From IMG/VR virus record IMGVR_UViG_3300008110_010000, positions 155,356 through 219,355 of that record: a DNA stretch of 64,000 nucleotides, one strand, 5' to 3'. The position numbers were made by a program, and so were the translations under genes. Below the pieces are notes generated by a model, which was given only the letters and a program-made list of their open reading frames with translations, searched no databases and had not been told where the DNA came from. Of this stretch, positions 19,301 through 27,821 are shown one piece after another; the stretch's first letter is position 1, and each line of letters begins with the position of its first letter.

Positions 19301-22300
19301 AAATGCAAGATTTTAAAAGATTTTCCAGAAACTATAGGATCTTCTTTAGTTAGATTCGGTCTACAAAAAATACCTATGTCTAGCTTTACCAGTTCTTATA
19401 GTGGAACAGGTTCTGGTCCAGTGATTGCAACTTTAAATTCATCATATCTTCCACATTCTTTTATAAACGGGGAGAGAGTAACATTAATAGATGGATACAA
19501 CACTGGGGCAGGAAATCTTTCCGGGACTTATCTAATAAGTAACGTTACAGCTACAGGTTTCACCCTTCCGATTATACTCTCAGGTTCAGTAACACCTTCC
19601 CTTATAAGTGTGGTTAAATCCGGGAGCATTACTGTAAAGTACGAGGGATCTAATTATCATACTGTTGATTTTAATGGAAGATTGGATACTACACTGGGCA
19701 ATTTGATGAGTAAATTCAATGGGTTCACGAAAGATCCTGCTTTCGGGATTGATACTATAACTACTTCTCTTATTTCCACAGCTAACGTTCAAGAATGGAT
19801 GGATGTTGTTTTTAAAACACCGATAGGGAGGGGAGCATTATACAATGGTAAATCCCTCGAGTTTACTACGACCGGTGGCCTTTATCTATACGATGGAAGT
19901 TCTGCAGTTAAATCATATTCTTCACAATTCTCTGGAGGAATTAATGCTTACTCTGATTATGTTGATTATAATTTTGAAGGAGATCTTCCAACGGAAAATA
20001 CCAGATACTATGGAACCAAGGGATTAAACTGGGACTCTTTTGATTCTCTTTCTTGGAATAATTTATATTCTCAAACCTGGGGAATGTATGATTTTCATAA
20101 TGACTGGTTAGGTGGATTTTCCCTTTATAATCTACAAAGTGGAGATAAAATAAGGGTTAGTCAAAAGTCTAAAGGAATAATTCTAGGGAATGTTTCTTCC
20201 CCTGATGCAAGTCCAAATTATCTAGATTTAAGGGAAGCTGCTGATCAATTAAATGCGTCAACAGATCCGAATATTTCTAGATTCTATTATGAAGTTAGGG
20301 GATTTTCAAAATTGCCGGAATATTTTAAGAACACTGGGGATGTTATTTCCCCGGGTCTTACGTGTATAGCTAGGCCTTACAAAGAGGAAACCTTATCATA
20401 TGATTTACAAGTTGGATCGCCTGCAATGGGTGCTCCTTTATCTATAAAGCAAGATAGAGACGGTGATATAATCATGGGAGGAGTTACCTCTGTCAAGGTA
20501 ATGAAATCCCCAACAGATATAGATTATTATTATATAGGTACTGAATATCCCGGGTCTGTTCCAAGAAAAGTTTTACCTGATGAATATGGAAATTGGTGGT
20601 GTTATGGAGAAAGATGTGCTGTACCTCTAGTTATTTATAATAGACAAAAACCAGAGGAGACAATACTAGTTAGTTCTGTTCTCGTATCCGGATTCTCCAG
20701 ACCAGATCTCAATTATTTAGCTCCTGTCCCTGATTCTCAATTTCAAACAATATGCTTAGCCGTAGATGATAGGACTGAAAACTTTGTGATGTATGTTAAG
20801 TACATACAATCATATTCTGTTGGATCTCCAGAAGATTCCTATAGATTAATAGAGTTTAATGCTTCTTCTAAAGAATTCGTTGTTATTTCAACTCTAGGTC
20901 CTTCATGGAATGCTAGTAGAACATATAATGTTGGAAGTATTGTTAGTAAGAATGGATTATCATATAGATCCCTAGTTGGTAGTAATCTTTCTCAAAATCC
21001 GGAATCATCCACAGGATATTGGGAATTAATTCCTCAAGAAAATATTGGAATTATTGATACTACTCTGTATAGTATCAGACAGTTAAAGTATGAATATATT
21101 GGAAAGAAATCTAAACTTTGGATTGTTACTAATGGTGGATTAAAAACATACAACGGGATTAAAATTGATACACTGGATATCAGTAACAGTGGTCTCCATA
21201 CTAACGATCTTTATTCATTGGAAATAGATGAATCTGGAAGTAAGTGGATAGGAAGTTCTAATGGAATATGTTATTATGATAATATAAGATGGGGATGTTG
21301 GACGCCAACTACCAATCCAGAATTACCAGTCGGTAAAAGTAGAAACATAGTAAATCTTGGAAGTGGAAGGATATTCTTTATAGTACAAACAGGAACAGAA
21401 ATCTATGAATTAGTTTATTTTAACGGAATAACTTTTGTAGTTTATTCAGATGATCCTGGAACCATAAACACATTTGGACCTATCTACAGTTTAGATTATG
21501 ATTATGAAGATATTTATTTCTTTAAAAATAATGTAAAGTATATTGACGGGAATTTTACTAGGAACGTAGGTGATTTATTTTATTTGGGGGATGAACCAAG
21601 AATAGGATCTCCTTATGTTAATGCTAATTATTGGGATCAATCCAGCGTTGGGTCTTATCCAACACCGCAAAACATCCACGCGAGAAAAATTTCTTTTGTT
21701 ATTCCCTATATTCATGCATCGGCAAAAACCCCTGGAATTTCTGGATGGGATTTTATTTATCATTTATCATATAGACCAGTTCCAGATCCTATTTATGTAA
21801 GAGAAAAAGGTATCGGAGAAACAGAAGTAAATTTCAACTTTATTGTTGGTCCTTTATACACTTCTTCAATAAATATCGGTAAAGATCCCCAACTTCCTTA
21901 CGTTGATAGCAAATCGTGGAAAATCCCTAGCTGGATTAATTATGATTTTAGAGATGTAACAGATTCACATCCTGGAATTGATATTGACAATCTTTTCCTC
22001 GATGCACCGCTTAGAGATATTGCTTCTGGTGTTGCATTAAAGGAGTCATATTGGAGAAACAGCAATGTTATTAGAAGCTCCGATAGGGAGATTGGAAATC
22101 TTCTTGATAGATTTGAATGGGTTATTAAAATAGGAGATACCCAGGATGATAGAGGGATAAAAACATTTGTGGATGAAGAAGGGTATGTTTATGTTACTGG
22201 ATTTTTCTCAGGAACTATAAGTTTTGGATCTAAGAATAACCTACCAATAGGTGCAAATACAACTCTTGCTTCTAATAGCTGTAGATCAATATTTGTTGCT

Positions 22301-23872
22301 AAGTATAACCAATTTGGTGTTGTACAATGGGCGAGAAAATATGGAGATGCAAGCTTTAGTGGATTTGCGGATTATGATTTTACCCCAACCGGAATCAAGG
22401 TTGATAGGGTAGGTAACGTAGTTGTTGTCGGGTATAAGGAAAAAAATAGAAATAACACAACATCAGAACTTCCTACCAATATCTACTTAAAATGGAATTG
22501 GAATGCTGTTTTTGTTAGTGGTACTAATTTATTTTCGCCTTCCAGTGATACTGCTAGAGATTTGATAAAAGATCTTGCTATAGACCAGGTTGGTAACGTT
22601 TATGTTGCTGGAATATTTAGTGGAACACTTTCTGCTGGAAACTTCTCAATATCCAGTTCTGGATCAGACCCTGAAGTCTTTGTAGCTAGGATCGAGGGTG
22701 ACGGGAACGTAAAATGGCTTTATAAAGCAAATAGCGGAGGAATTGAAGAAAATCCTTCTATTCAAATAGGAAAGGATTATGAAGATCTTTATTTGGCATA
22801 CAGTTCCAGAGTAGGATCTGTTCAGAATTTAATTCTCTCAAAATTCATTAGCTATGATTTTCATATAGAGTGGACAAGATCCTATAGAAATAGTGATCAT
22901 TCGAATTATCACATAAGTCCAAGAATTAAAGTCTCAGGGAACGGAGAAATTGCTCTTGGTGCTACTTTTTCTGGATTTATCGAAGTAGAGGGTAACGTTA
23001 TATCTTCTAACGGGGACAAAGATATAGCAATCATGAAATTTAACGGATACAGAAATCTTTGGGCAAAATCTGTAGGATCTAAGGATGCAGATTATTGCCA
23101 GGACGTAGAAATAGATTCTGAAGGTAACCTTTATATTTTGGGATCATACGACGGACCTTTAATAGCTTCACCGGAATTTTCTTCCCCTAGCTATTATCCA
23201 TCCCCCGAAGGAAATAGCGACATTGTTTTATTTAAATATGATCATCACGGAATACTTCTTGATATAGTTGATGCTGGGGGTATTAATAGAGATGAGGGTA
23301 TATCTCTTTCACTAGATAAAGAAGATAATATTTATTTAACCGGATATATTTCAGGAGAATCGGAATTTTCAAACTGGATTGCTTCACCAAGTGGAGGAGA
23401 GGATGCATTTATTGGAAAAATTACAAATCTAAAATATAGAACCGGTAAAAATATAGGAGGAGTATATTCTTGGTTTGGTACTGGATCTTGGACATCTGGC
23501 GAAAGAAAAATCTCAAATAAAGAATTTGAAGTTCCTATGGGAACTACCGTTATTTTTAACCCGATAGATTCTTTAATACCTGGTCAGAAGAATATAGTTT
23601 ACACCCTAATTAACGATGATGATGACGAAAATCTGATTGAAATAAAAGATGCTCATGCTTTCATCTGGACATTTAATCAGCCAGGATTTTATACCCTACG
23701 AGCTAAGATCGAAGATACTAATGGAAATATTTATATCCACGATAAAAAAGGATACATTAGAGTTATAGATCACAAGAACCCACCCCCAGGAGAAATAGTT
23801 GAATACGTAAACAGCGAAACCTTTAGGAAAAGAGCGATCTACGAGAAAAAGACTATGCCTCAGATAATTTAA
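16343..23872 (+). CDS. Giant baseplate/wedge protein (gp7-like position) with CBM5/12-like, beta-propeller and PKD-like modules
   Basis: YLGSYKGLVNAIKFFGY wedge-like motif; WNASRTYNVGSIV...GYW module; LYSLEIDESGSKWIGS propeller; repeated DxxGNxYxxG (SBBP-type) motifs; C-terminal WTFNQPGFYTLRAKIED. Confidence 0.7.
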   Translation: MNYKNLLFFNKTGHQSNFVWNGEFWETRLMLPQVSVDLFEIEHLFIIEKFEDLNGNTVYGYPHITPEISSTSASGIYGSFNSGSRKVTLNSEPVVDFIGSKVFCQQFPNGNLVTGVSVVDKTIELENAATFSENSVPLFFNLWRVSFETTRNVLDFDAFDPIRASITKGLDYITTSSDVSAISENDEFLMILGDGIPKDARITKVSGNKIYLNKKCEVTLNNITVFVYPVEERNNISSYIYQYILTEDGTLDAPVLESINTNYLKIDYDPNETVNDYLRSSGEIYSGSASVNIALNSKEEGIFGRTLVIEDLSLGYPKTVARIEIHGETIGEDERYKTILNNFGRRLNAEDAYILRDSDPKEPFTDYEILNDKRKELLLEGHEIYSYLGSYKGLVNAIKFFGYQDLRIKEYWLNIKKSESETSALKQNTDFLERWNALPGGQQNLISSIIDDENSGKYKQVEIYGKRNDGTFGLKSSMEKLFPSSSFKKTALFGLFYDINRVVENQEDIYEYPVVENAFVFSPEEVLIKLFGLKEKLKKDYLPLNARIIDITGEGVYFGIYKTRAWTDNLKIDELNQGIDLELGFTPEYGYIEDLRPFSVRPNSDIPYVPYVGVEPNTYDFSTYGNLVDLPQNNLKLPGKQSKALADAIKLFYDERNTKGIKPYRLGDGDNKNGGYRKLYDGKVYDVPAGFPVTMEITSFVLTWDEVNNQWDSLDRNISTYSSTLASISDVSGYNDQTLIDSSLNFEFNLSTIFGTLFNINLQTGISILNPASGKVQLKFTSNTDSDCQFLCEVQSYSTLTGIANVKLLWVKNEGIFDDWKVEIVNIFKDNLDLSYYDYSFNPDGFYSWDNLRFAGFYEVEWKITKKDDRPYYYDLRGKITDYYKLPLVLPYDGIYSVQCRVWDGFNDICSTHYENCLEVKKREVEIVSVSRFREAEVYTWDQTKQPWDNFESMWVFPVERRPEEPKPSNLILNPAEYGNQFNEGQKCKILKDFPETIGSSLVRFGLQKIPMSSFTSSYSGTGSGPVIATLNSSYLPHSFINGERVTLIDGYNTGAGNLSGTYLISNVTATGFTLPIILSGSVTPSLISVVKSGSITVKYEGSNYHTVDFNGRLDTTLGNLMSKFNGFTKDPAFGIDTITTSLISTANVQEWMDVVFKTPIGRGALYNGKSLEFTTTGGLYLYDGSSAVKSYSSQFSGGINAYSDYVDYNFEGDLPTENTRYYGTKGLNWDSFDSLSWNNLYSQTWGMYDFHNDWLGGFSLYNLQSGDKIRVSQKSKGIILGNVSSPDASPNYLDLREAADQLNASTDPNISRFYYEVRGFSKLPEYFKNTGDVISPGLTCIARPYKEETLSYDLQVGSPAMGAPLSIKQDRDGDIIMGGVTSVKVMKSPTDIDYYYIGTEYPGSVPRKVLPDEYGNWWCYGERCAVPLVIYNRQKPEETILVSSVLVSGFSRPDLNYLAPVPDSQFQTICLAVDDRTENFVMYVKYIQSYSVGSPEDSYRLIEFNASSKEFVVISTLGPSWNASRTYNVGSIVSKNGLSYRSLVGSNLSQNPESSTGYWELIPQENIGIIDTTLYSIRQLKYEYIGKKSKLWIVTNGGLKTYNGIKIDTLDISNSGLHTNDLYSLEIDESGSKWIGSSNGICYYDNIRWGCWTPTTNPELPVGKSRNIVNLGSGRIFFIVQTGTEIYELVYFNGITFVVYSDDPGTINTFGPIYSLDYDYEDIYFFKNNVKYIDGNFTRNVGDLFYLGDEPRIGSPYVNANYWDQSSVGSYPTPQNIHARKISFVIPYIHASAKTPGISGWDFIYHLSYRPVPDPIYVREKGIGETEVNFNFIVGPLYTSSINIGKDPQLPYVDSKSWKIPSWINYDFRDVTDSHPGIDIDNLFLDAPLRDIASGVALKESYWRNSNVIRSSDREIGNLLDRFEWVIKIGDTQDDRGIKTFVDEEGYVYVTGFFSGTISFGSKNNLPIGANTTLASNSCRSIFVAKYNQFGVVQWARKYGDASFSGFADYDFTPTGIKVDRVGNVVVVGYKEKNRNNTTSELPTNIYLKWNWNAVFVSGTNLFSPSSDTARDLIKDLAIDQVGNVYVAGIFSGTLSAGNFSISSSGSDPEVFVARIEGDGNVKWLYKANSGGIEENPSIQIGKDYEDLYLAYSSRVGSVQNLILSKFISYDFHIEWTRSYRNSDHSNYHISPRIKVSGNGEIALGATFSGFIEVEGNVISSNGDKDIAIMKFNGYRNLWAKSVGSKDADYCQDVEIDSEGNLYILGSYDGPLIASPEFSSPSYYPSPEGNSDIVLFKYDHHGILLDIVDAGGINRDEGISLSLDKEDNIYLTGYISGESEFSNWIASPSGGEDAFIGKITNLKYRTGKNIGGVYSWFGTGSWTSGERKISNKEFEVPMGTTVIFNPIDSLIPGQKNIVYTLINDDDDENLIEIKDAHAFIWTFNQPGFYTLRAKIEDTNGNIYIHDKKGYIRVIDHKNPPPGEIVEYVNSETFRKRAIYEKKTMPQII

Positions 23873-24553
23873 TTATCTGTCTCTGTATTCAGTATAAACC
23901 CCAAGAATTTCTGGAACAATAGGATGCCTGTGATTTTTCTTGAGAGAAATGACTTTAACCCCATCTACCCTAGAAGACACTGTATTTAAAAAATCCAATC
24001 CAGAGTCTTTTTTGATTTTTAAGTCTATTTGGGAAATATCACCACAGATCATAATTTTAGAAGCTATACCAAGTCTTCCCAAAACCATTTCCATTTGTGA
24101 GTTAGTAACGTTTTGAGCTTCGTCAACAATGACACAGGCATGAAGAAATGTTCTACCTCTCATAAAAGGGAAGGGAAGAATTTCAATTATCTCGTCAGCA
24201 ACCATTTTATCTATTTTTTCTTTATCGTATAAAAGATAAAGATTGGAATAAATTGGAGCTAGCCAAGGGTCCATTTTTTCTTTAAGATCTCCGGGAAGAA
24301 ATCCTATATCTTCCTTAGCTACCGTTGGTCTTGTTATTATAACCTTTTCAACTTCCCGGTTAAAAAGAAGATCTAGAGCTATCTGACAAGCTAGAAGTGT
24401 TTTTCCCGATCCTGCCATACCCCTGATAACTGTTACTGGGTTTTCTAAAATTATAGATTTAGCTTCCTTTTGTTCCTCGTTAAGCTGAAGTTTAAACTTA
24501 ATAGGGCCCTTCACTTTCCCCTTGATAGGAGATTCCTTTGTTGTTTTTTCCAT
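23873..24553 (-). CDS. phoH: PhoH family ATPase
   Basis: GMAGSGKT, RPTV, GFLPGDLKEKMDPW, MRGRTF, DEAQN and GDISQIDL motifs. Confidence 0.95.
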   Translation of the reverse strand: MEKTTKESPIKGKVKGPIKFKLQLNEEQKEAKSIILENPVTVIRGMAGSGKTLLACQIALDLLFNREVEKVIITRPTVAKEDIGFLPGDLKEKMDPWLAPIYSNLYLLYDKEKIDKMVADEIIEILPFPFMRGRTFLHACVIVDEAQNVTNSQMEMVLGRLGIASKIMICGDISQIDLKIKKDSGLDFLNTVSSRVDGVKVISLKKNHRHPIVPEILGVYTEYRDR

Positions 24554-24575
24554 AAAATTTGGGATTAATTTGTGA

Positions 24576-24603
24576 GAAACTTAAGAATTTTTTACCGTAT
24601 GAT
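24576..24603 (+). promoter_or_regulatory. Putative GAAAC-N17-TATGAT promoter
   Basis: Same bipartite motif as at 45000, 57107 and 61079. Confidence 0.45.
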
Positions 24604-24642
24604 CTAAGCATGCAAGAATTATTTCTTCGTTCGGTCTTGTAT

Positions 24643-24654
24643 GATATATATATT
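24643..24654. promoter_or_regulatory. Late-promoter motif GATATATA within a self-complementary ATATATATAT run
   Basis: 22 nt before ATG 24673; reads AATATATA on the minus strand toward phoH. Confidence 0.55.
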
Positions 24655-24672
24655 CAGAATAAAAAATAACAA

Positions 24673-25617
24673 ATGATTACTATTCAGGAGATATTAGGCA
24701 CTGACTCGATCGCAGCCTCGAGACTTACCATTAATTCAAATTTCCTACTGGTTGAGAATGAAATAAATGATCTAGAGAACACATTCAATATTAATGTGGT
24801 AACGGGATCTATGGACATTTCTCAGGCCACCAGTGGACAATTAAAAGCCAAAACGTTTTTTGCTAACCAGGCAACTTTTCCAGCTTCTGGAACTGCTACT
24901 GTTAGTATTTACGGAACTGGTGCTAGCGCAGGAAATGCTTCATTTTCTGGAATCGTTTCATCCGGGCAAATTTCAGTTTCTGGAACAGGAACATTTAATC
25001 AGATCAATGCATCAGGAGCAGCAGTTTTTGGTTCCACTGCCAGATTTGATGGAGATGTTACTTTCAATGGATCTGTAATAATCGGAGCTACTGGATCTTA
25101 TATTGATAGAAATGCAACAGGTGCATCAGGGGCAACAAATGCTTTTCTTTCTCCTGGTAACGGAGGCGGCGGCATAACAGGTACATTTAGTAATCCCTAT
25201 GTTCTAACTTTTGATGAAAGCGTGGTCTTTGCAAATTGTAGCTATGTTAGTGGAGCAACAGGAGATTCCAGTAATCAAACAGGATTCTATTTTAGAGTTG
25301 CTACTGGGGACGGAGGATCTCTTAATCTACCAGCAGTTCCACAAGGTTTTAGACTTACTGTAGTAAATACCGGTCTTTATGCTGGATTAATAGGAACGGG
25401 GGTAAAAACACCTTTCACCGGTAATTATTATACTGGATTCAATACTGATAATAACGCAGGAAGATTCCCTTCTGAAATTACTGTACCGGCTAGTTTACCT
25501 TATAAAGCTTCAGTAACCCTACAGTGGGAAAATAGATTGGGAAAGGGATCAGCAACACAGAACGGATCTTGGGTAGTAATATCAACTGCTGGACTTAGCG
25601 CTAGTGATCTAAGTTAA
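24673..25617 (+). CDS. Gly/Ser/Thr-rich short fibre-like virion protein
   Basis: N-terminal ILGTDS...INSNF motif (gp9/gp10-like) followed by a beta-helix-like G/S/T-rich body. Confidence 0.6.
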   Translation: MITIQEILGTDSIAASRLTINSNFLLVENEINDLENTFNINVVTGSMDISQATSGQLKAKTFFANQATFPASGTATVSIYGTGASAGNASFSGIVSSGQISVSGTGTFNQINASGAAVFGSTARFDGDVTFNGSVIIGATGSYIDRNATGASGATNAFLSPGNGGGGITGTFSNPYVLTFDESVVFANCSYVSGATGDSSNQTGFYFRVATGDGGSLNLPAVPQGFRLTVVNTGLYAGLIGTGVKTPFTGNYYTGFNTDNNAGRFPSEITVPASLPYKASVTLQWENRLGKGSATQNGSWVVISTAGLSASDLS

Positions 25618-25636
25618 AAATAAATTATAAAGCTGG

Positions 25637-27820
25637 ATGGCAAAAACTCCATTTATTAGACCTCTTCAGACACAGGGCGGAACATTTTACACATTTAGCT
25701 CTGCGGCGGAAGATCTTGCCCTTACTTTTAACAACACTGTTAATAAGTTTAGATTTTCTAAGTATGTACTGTTAAACATCCCTGAATTTAGAGATCCTTT
25801 ATATGGAGAGAATTCTATCCAATTTGATACTGTAGATTCTTCTTTTCTAGATGTTGCGGAGGGAAGTTTTGATTTGGTCGATCCAAATAATTTAAGTCCT
25901 AATTTGGAGGTGTCTTTTCAAAACTATTGTCTTAACCTAGAGTCAAGATTATTGTCTGATGAGAATTATAATCCAACACTGAAAAGAAACGTTTCTGAAA
26001 GAGTATTTTGGAAATGGATGAAAGAGCTTGGAGCTGTTAGATTTAGACCAGCTAACTCTAATGAAGTAGCTCCTGGATTAAATCAGAACGCAACTGGATT
26101 ATCAGGGGGATTTCCTTTTTCTGACAAAAGATGGGTAGAGGAAGATGACTATTCCATAGGAAACGGATCAGTTAAACCTAGATATTCTAGAATAGTTAAG
26201 TATATTGGAGAATGTGATATTGTAAACTCTGTACAGCATAAAAATAATTCATACTCTGAAGTTTACATTCATGTTCCAACTGAGGATGGTCACACACCTC
26301 TTGTAATGTTTAAAACAACTGCGGATCAGAATTATTATCCTGGACAAATATTAACACACAAACCAACCGATCCTTTAGATACAGAATATCTTCAAGGAAG
26401 AAGTCATAATGACGGAAATTACGGTCCTAATACTCTTCCAACTTTTGCCATTTATGATCAGGATGTTTTAGGTCAACCTGGAATAACTGGAACGTCTGCT
26501 ACTGGAGCAACCTTTACTAATCAATGGTACTATCCAAGAAATACTGCAAACTCTTATTACACCGAATCATCATTCTTTGATTCAGATACTAATAGAATTA
26601 CGAAGTATTTAAAAAATGGGACATACCAGACAAATTATAGAAGATCTAATCTTGATGGTATTCAATTAGACTTTAATCCTGATAACTATAAACCTATTAT
26701 CGACAATCCTTCTATATCAACTATAGAAGAATTCAATTCTGTTTCAGATTCAGGTTCTTTTGATTTTAATGCTGTTTTAATTTATTATGATGTATACGAT
26801 CCTAATAATCCTGTCGATGCTGAAACTAATTTATATGGAATTTTATTTTTAGAAGATGTAGAACCTATTTCCAACTCTGCTGGTAAAATTCCAACGTTCA
26901 AAAAGTACAAGCCGGATCCTATTACCAAACTAAATGGTAATTCGTATGGCCTTAAAATTAACATTAAGTTTGATACTGATGTTGATAATACAGGAGTAGA
27001 ATTAGCAGTAAATGACTATTCTTCTTTCTCCCTTTCCATGTTTATGGATGCTGTAAATGTTTTACAGGATGCATCTAAAGCTTTAAATGATCAAACAACA
27101 GAGATCATTTCAATGAATACCAGAGTTACAACGCTTGAAGATTTAGTTGTCACTATGGATGACAATACATCTCTTTCTGCAAGGATTAAAGCTCTAGAAG
27201 ATGCAATGGTAGCTAATCAATCATTATTTAAAAATACACAGGATATCCTAGGATTAATTGAAAGAAATTACTTAATGGTTCAAAATATTCTAAACGGGAC
27301 TACCAACATCAAGCTTTCTTATGATCTGGATCTAATTAAAAGCGGAACGGGAATAAATGTAGATAGATCTACACCCAATAGATTGGTTTTAAACAATTCA
27401 GTTCAGGGATATTCTTTACCTGAGGAAAATGGGTATAATTTTACCATAAACCCAACTAACGGTAACACATTAGTTCTTAATCCTTTTAATAACTATTATA
27501 AGCATAAGAATTTTGGACTAACTATAAATTTAAATAACGATCTGGTATTTAAAATTGATGACACTAACAGTCACTGGAAAAAGGGACAATCATTTAGAAT
27601 TGTCTTTGATGACAAATTGGTTTTAAATGGAAATAATCTTCTAATATACACTGATGCAAAAGGCTCTTATCCTCTTAGTGCACCAGGGGGAATTCCTTAT
27701 GGAATATTAATTGGAGGATTCACCCAAACAAGTTTTAATTCATCAGACAATAAACCTATATTCGATATAGTTTGTGTTGACGAGAAAAACTTAGTTTTTG
27801 AAATAGATCAAATAAGATAA
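25637..27820 (+). CDS. Unknown virion structural protein (727 aa) with a coiled-coil segment
   Basis: Long ORF in the structural operon; heptads around DASKALNDQTTEII...RIKALEDAM. Confidence 0.6.
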   Translation: MAKTPFIRPLQTQGGTFYTFSSAAEDLALTFNNTVNKFRFSKYVLLNIPEFRDPLYGENSIQFDTVDSSFLDVAEGSFDLVDPNNLSPNLEVSFQNYCLNLESRLLSDENYNPTLKRNVSERVFWKWMKELGAVRFRPANSNEVAPGLNQNATGLSGGFPFSDKRWVEEDDYSIGNGSVKPRYSRIVKYIGECDIVNSVQHKNNSYSEVYIHVPTEDGHTPLVMFKTTADQNYYPGQILTHKPTDPLDTEYLQGRSHNDGNYGPNTLPTFAIYDQDVLGQPGITGTSATGATFTNQWYYPRNTANSYYTESSFFDSDTNRITKYLKNGTYQTNYRRSNLDGIQLDFNPDNYKPIIDNPSISTIEEFNSVSDSGSFDFNAVLIYYDVYDPNNPVDAETNLYGILFLEDVEPISNSAGKIPTFKKYKPDPITKLNGNSYGLKINIKFDTDVDNTGVELAVNDYSSFSLSMFMDAVNVLQDASKALNDQTTEIISMNTRVTTLEDLVVTMDDNTSLSARIKALEDAMVANQSLFKNTQDILGLIERNYLMVQNILNGTTNIKLSYDLDLIKSGTGINVDRSTPNRLVLNNSVQGYSLPEENGYNFTINPTNGNTLVLNPFNNYYKHKNFGLTINLNNDLVFKIDDTNSHWKKGQSFRIVFDDKLVLNGNNLLIYTDAKGSYPLSAPGGIPYGILIGGFTQTSFNSSDNKPIFDIVCVDEKNLVFEIDQIR

Positions 27821-27821
27821 A

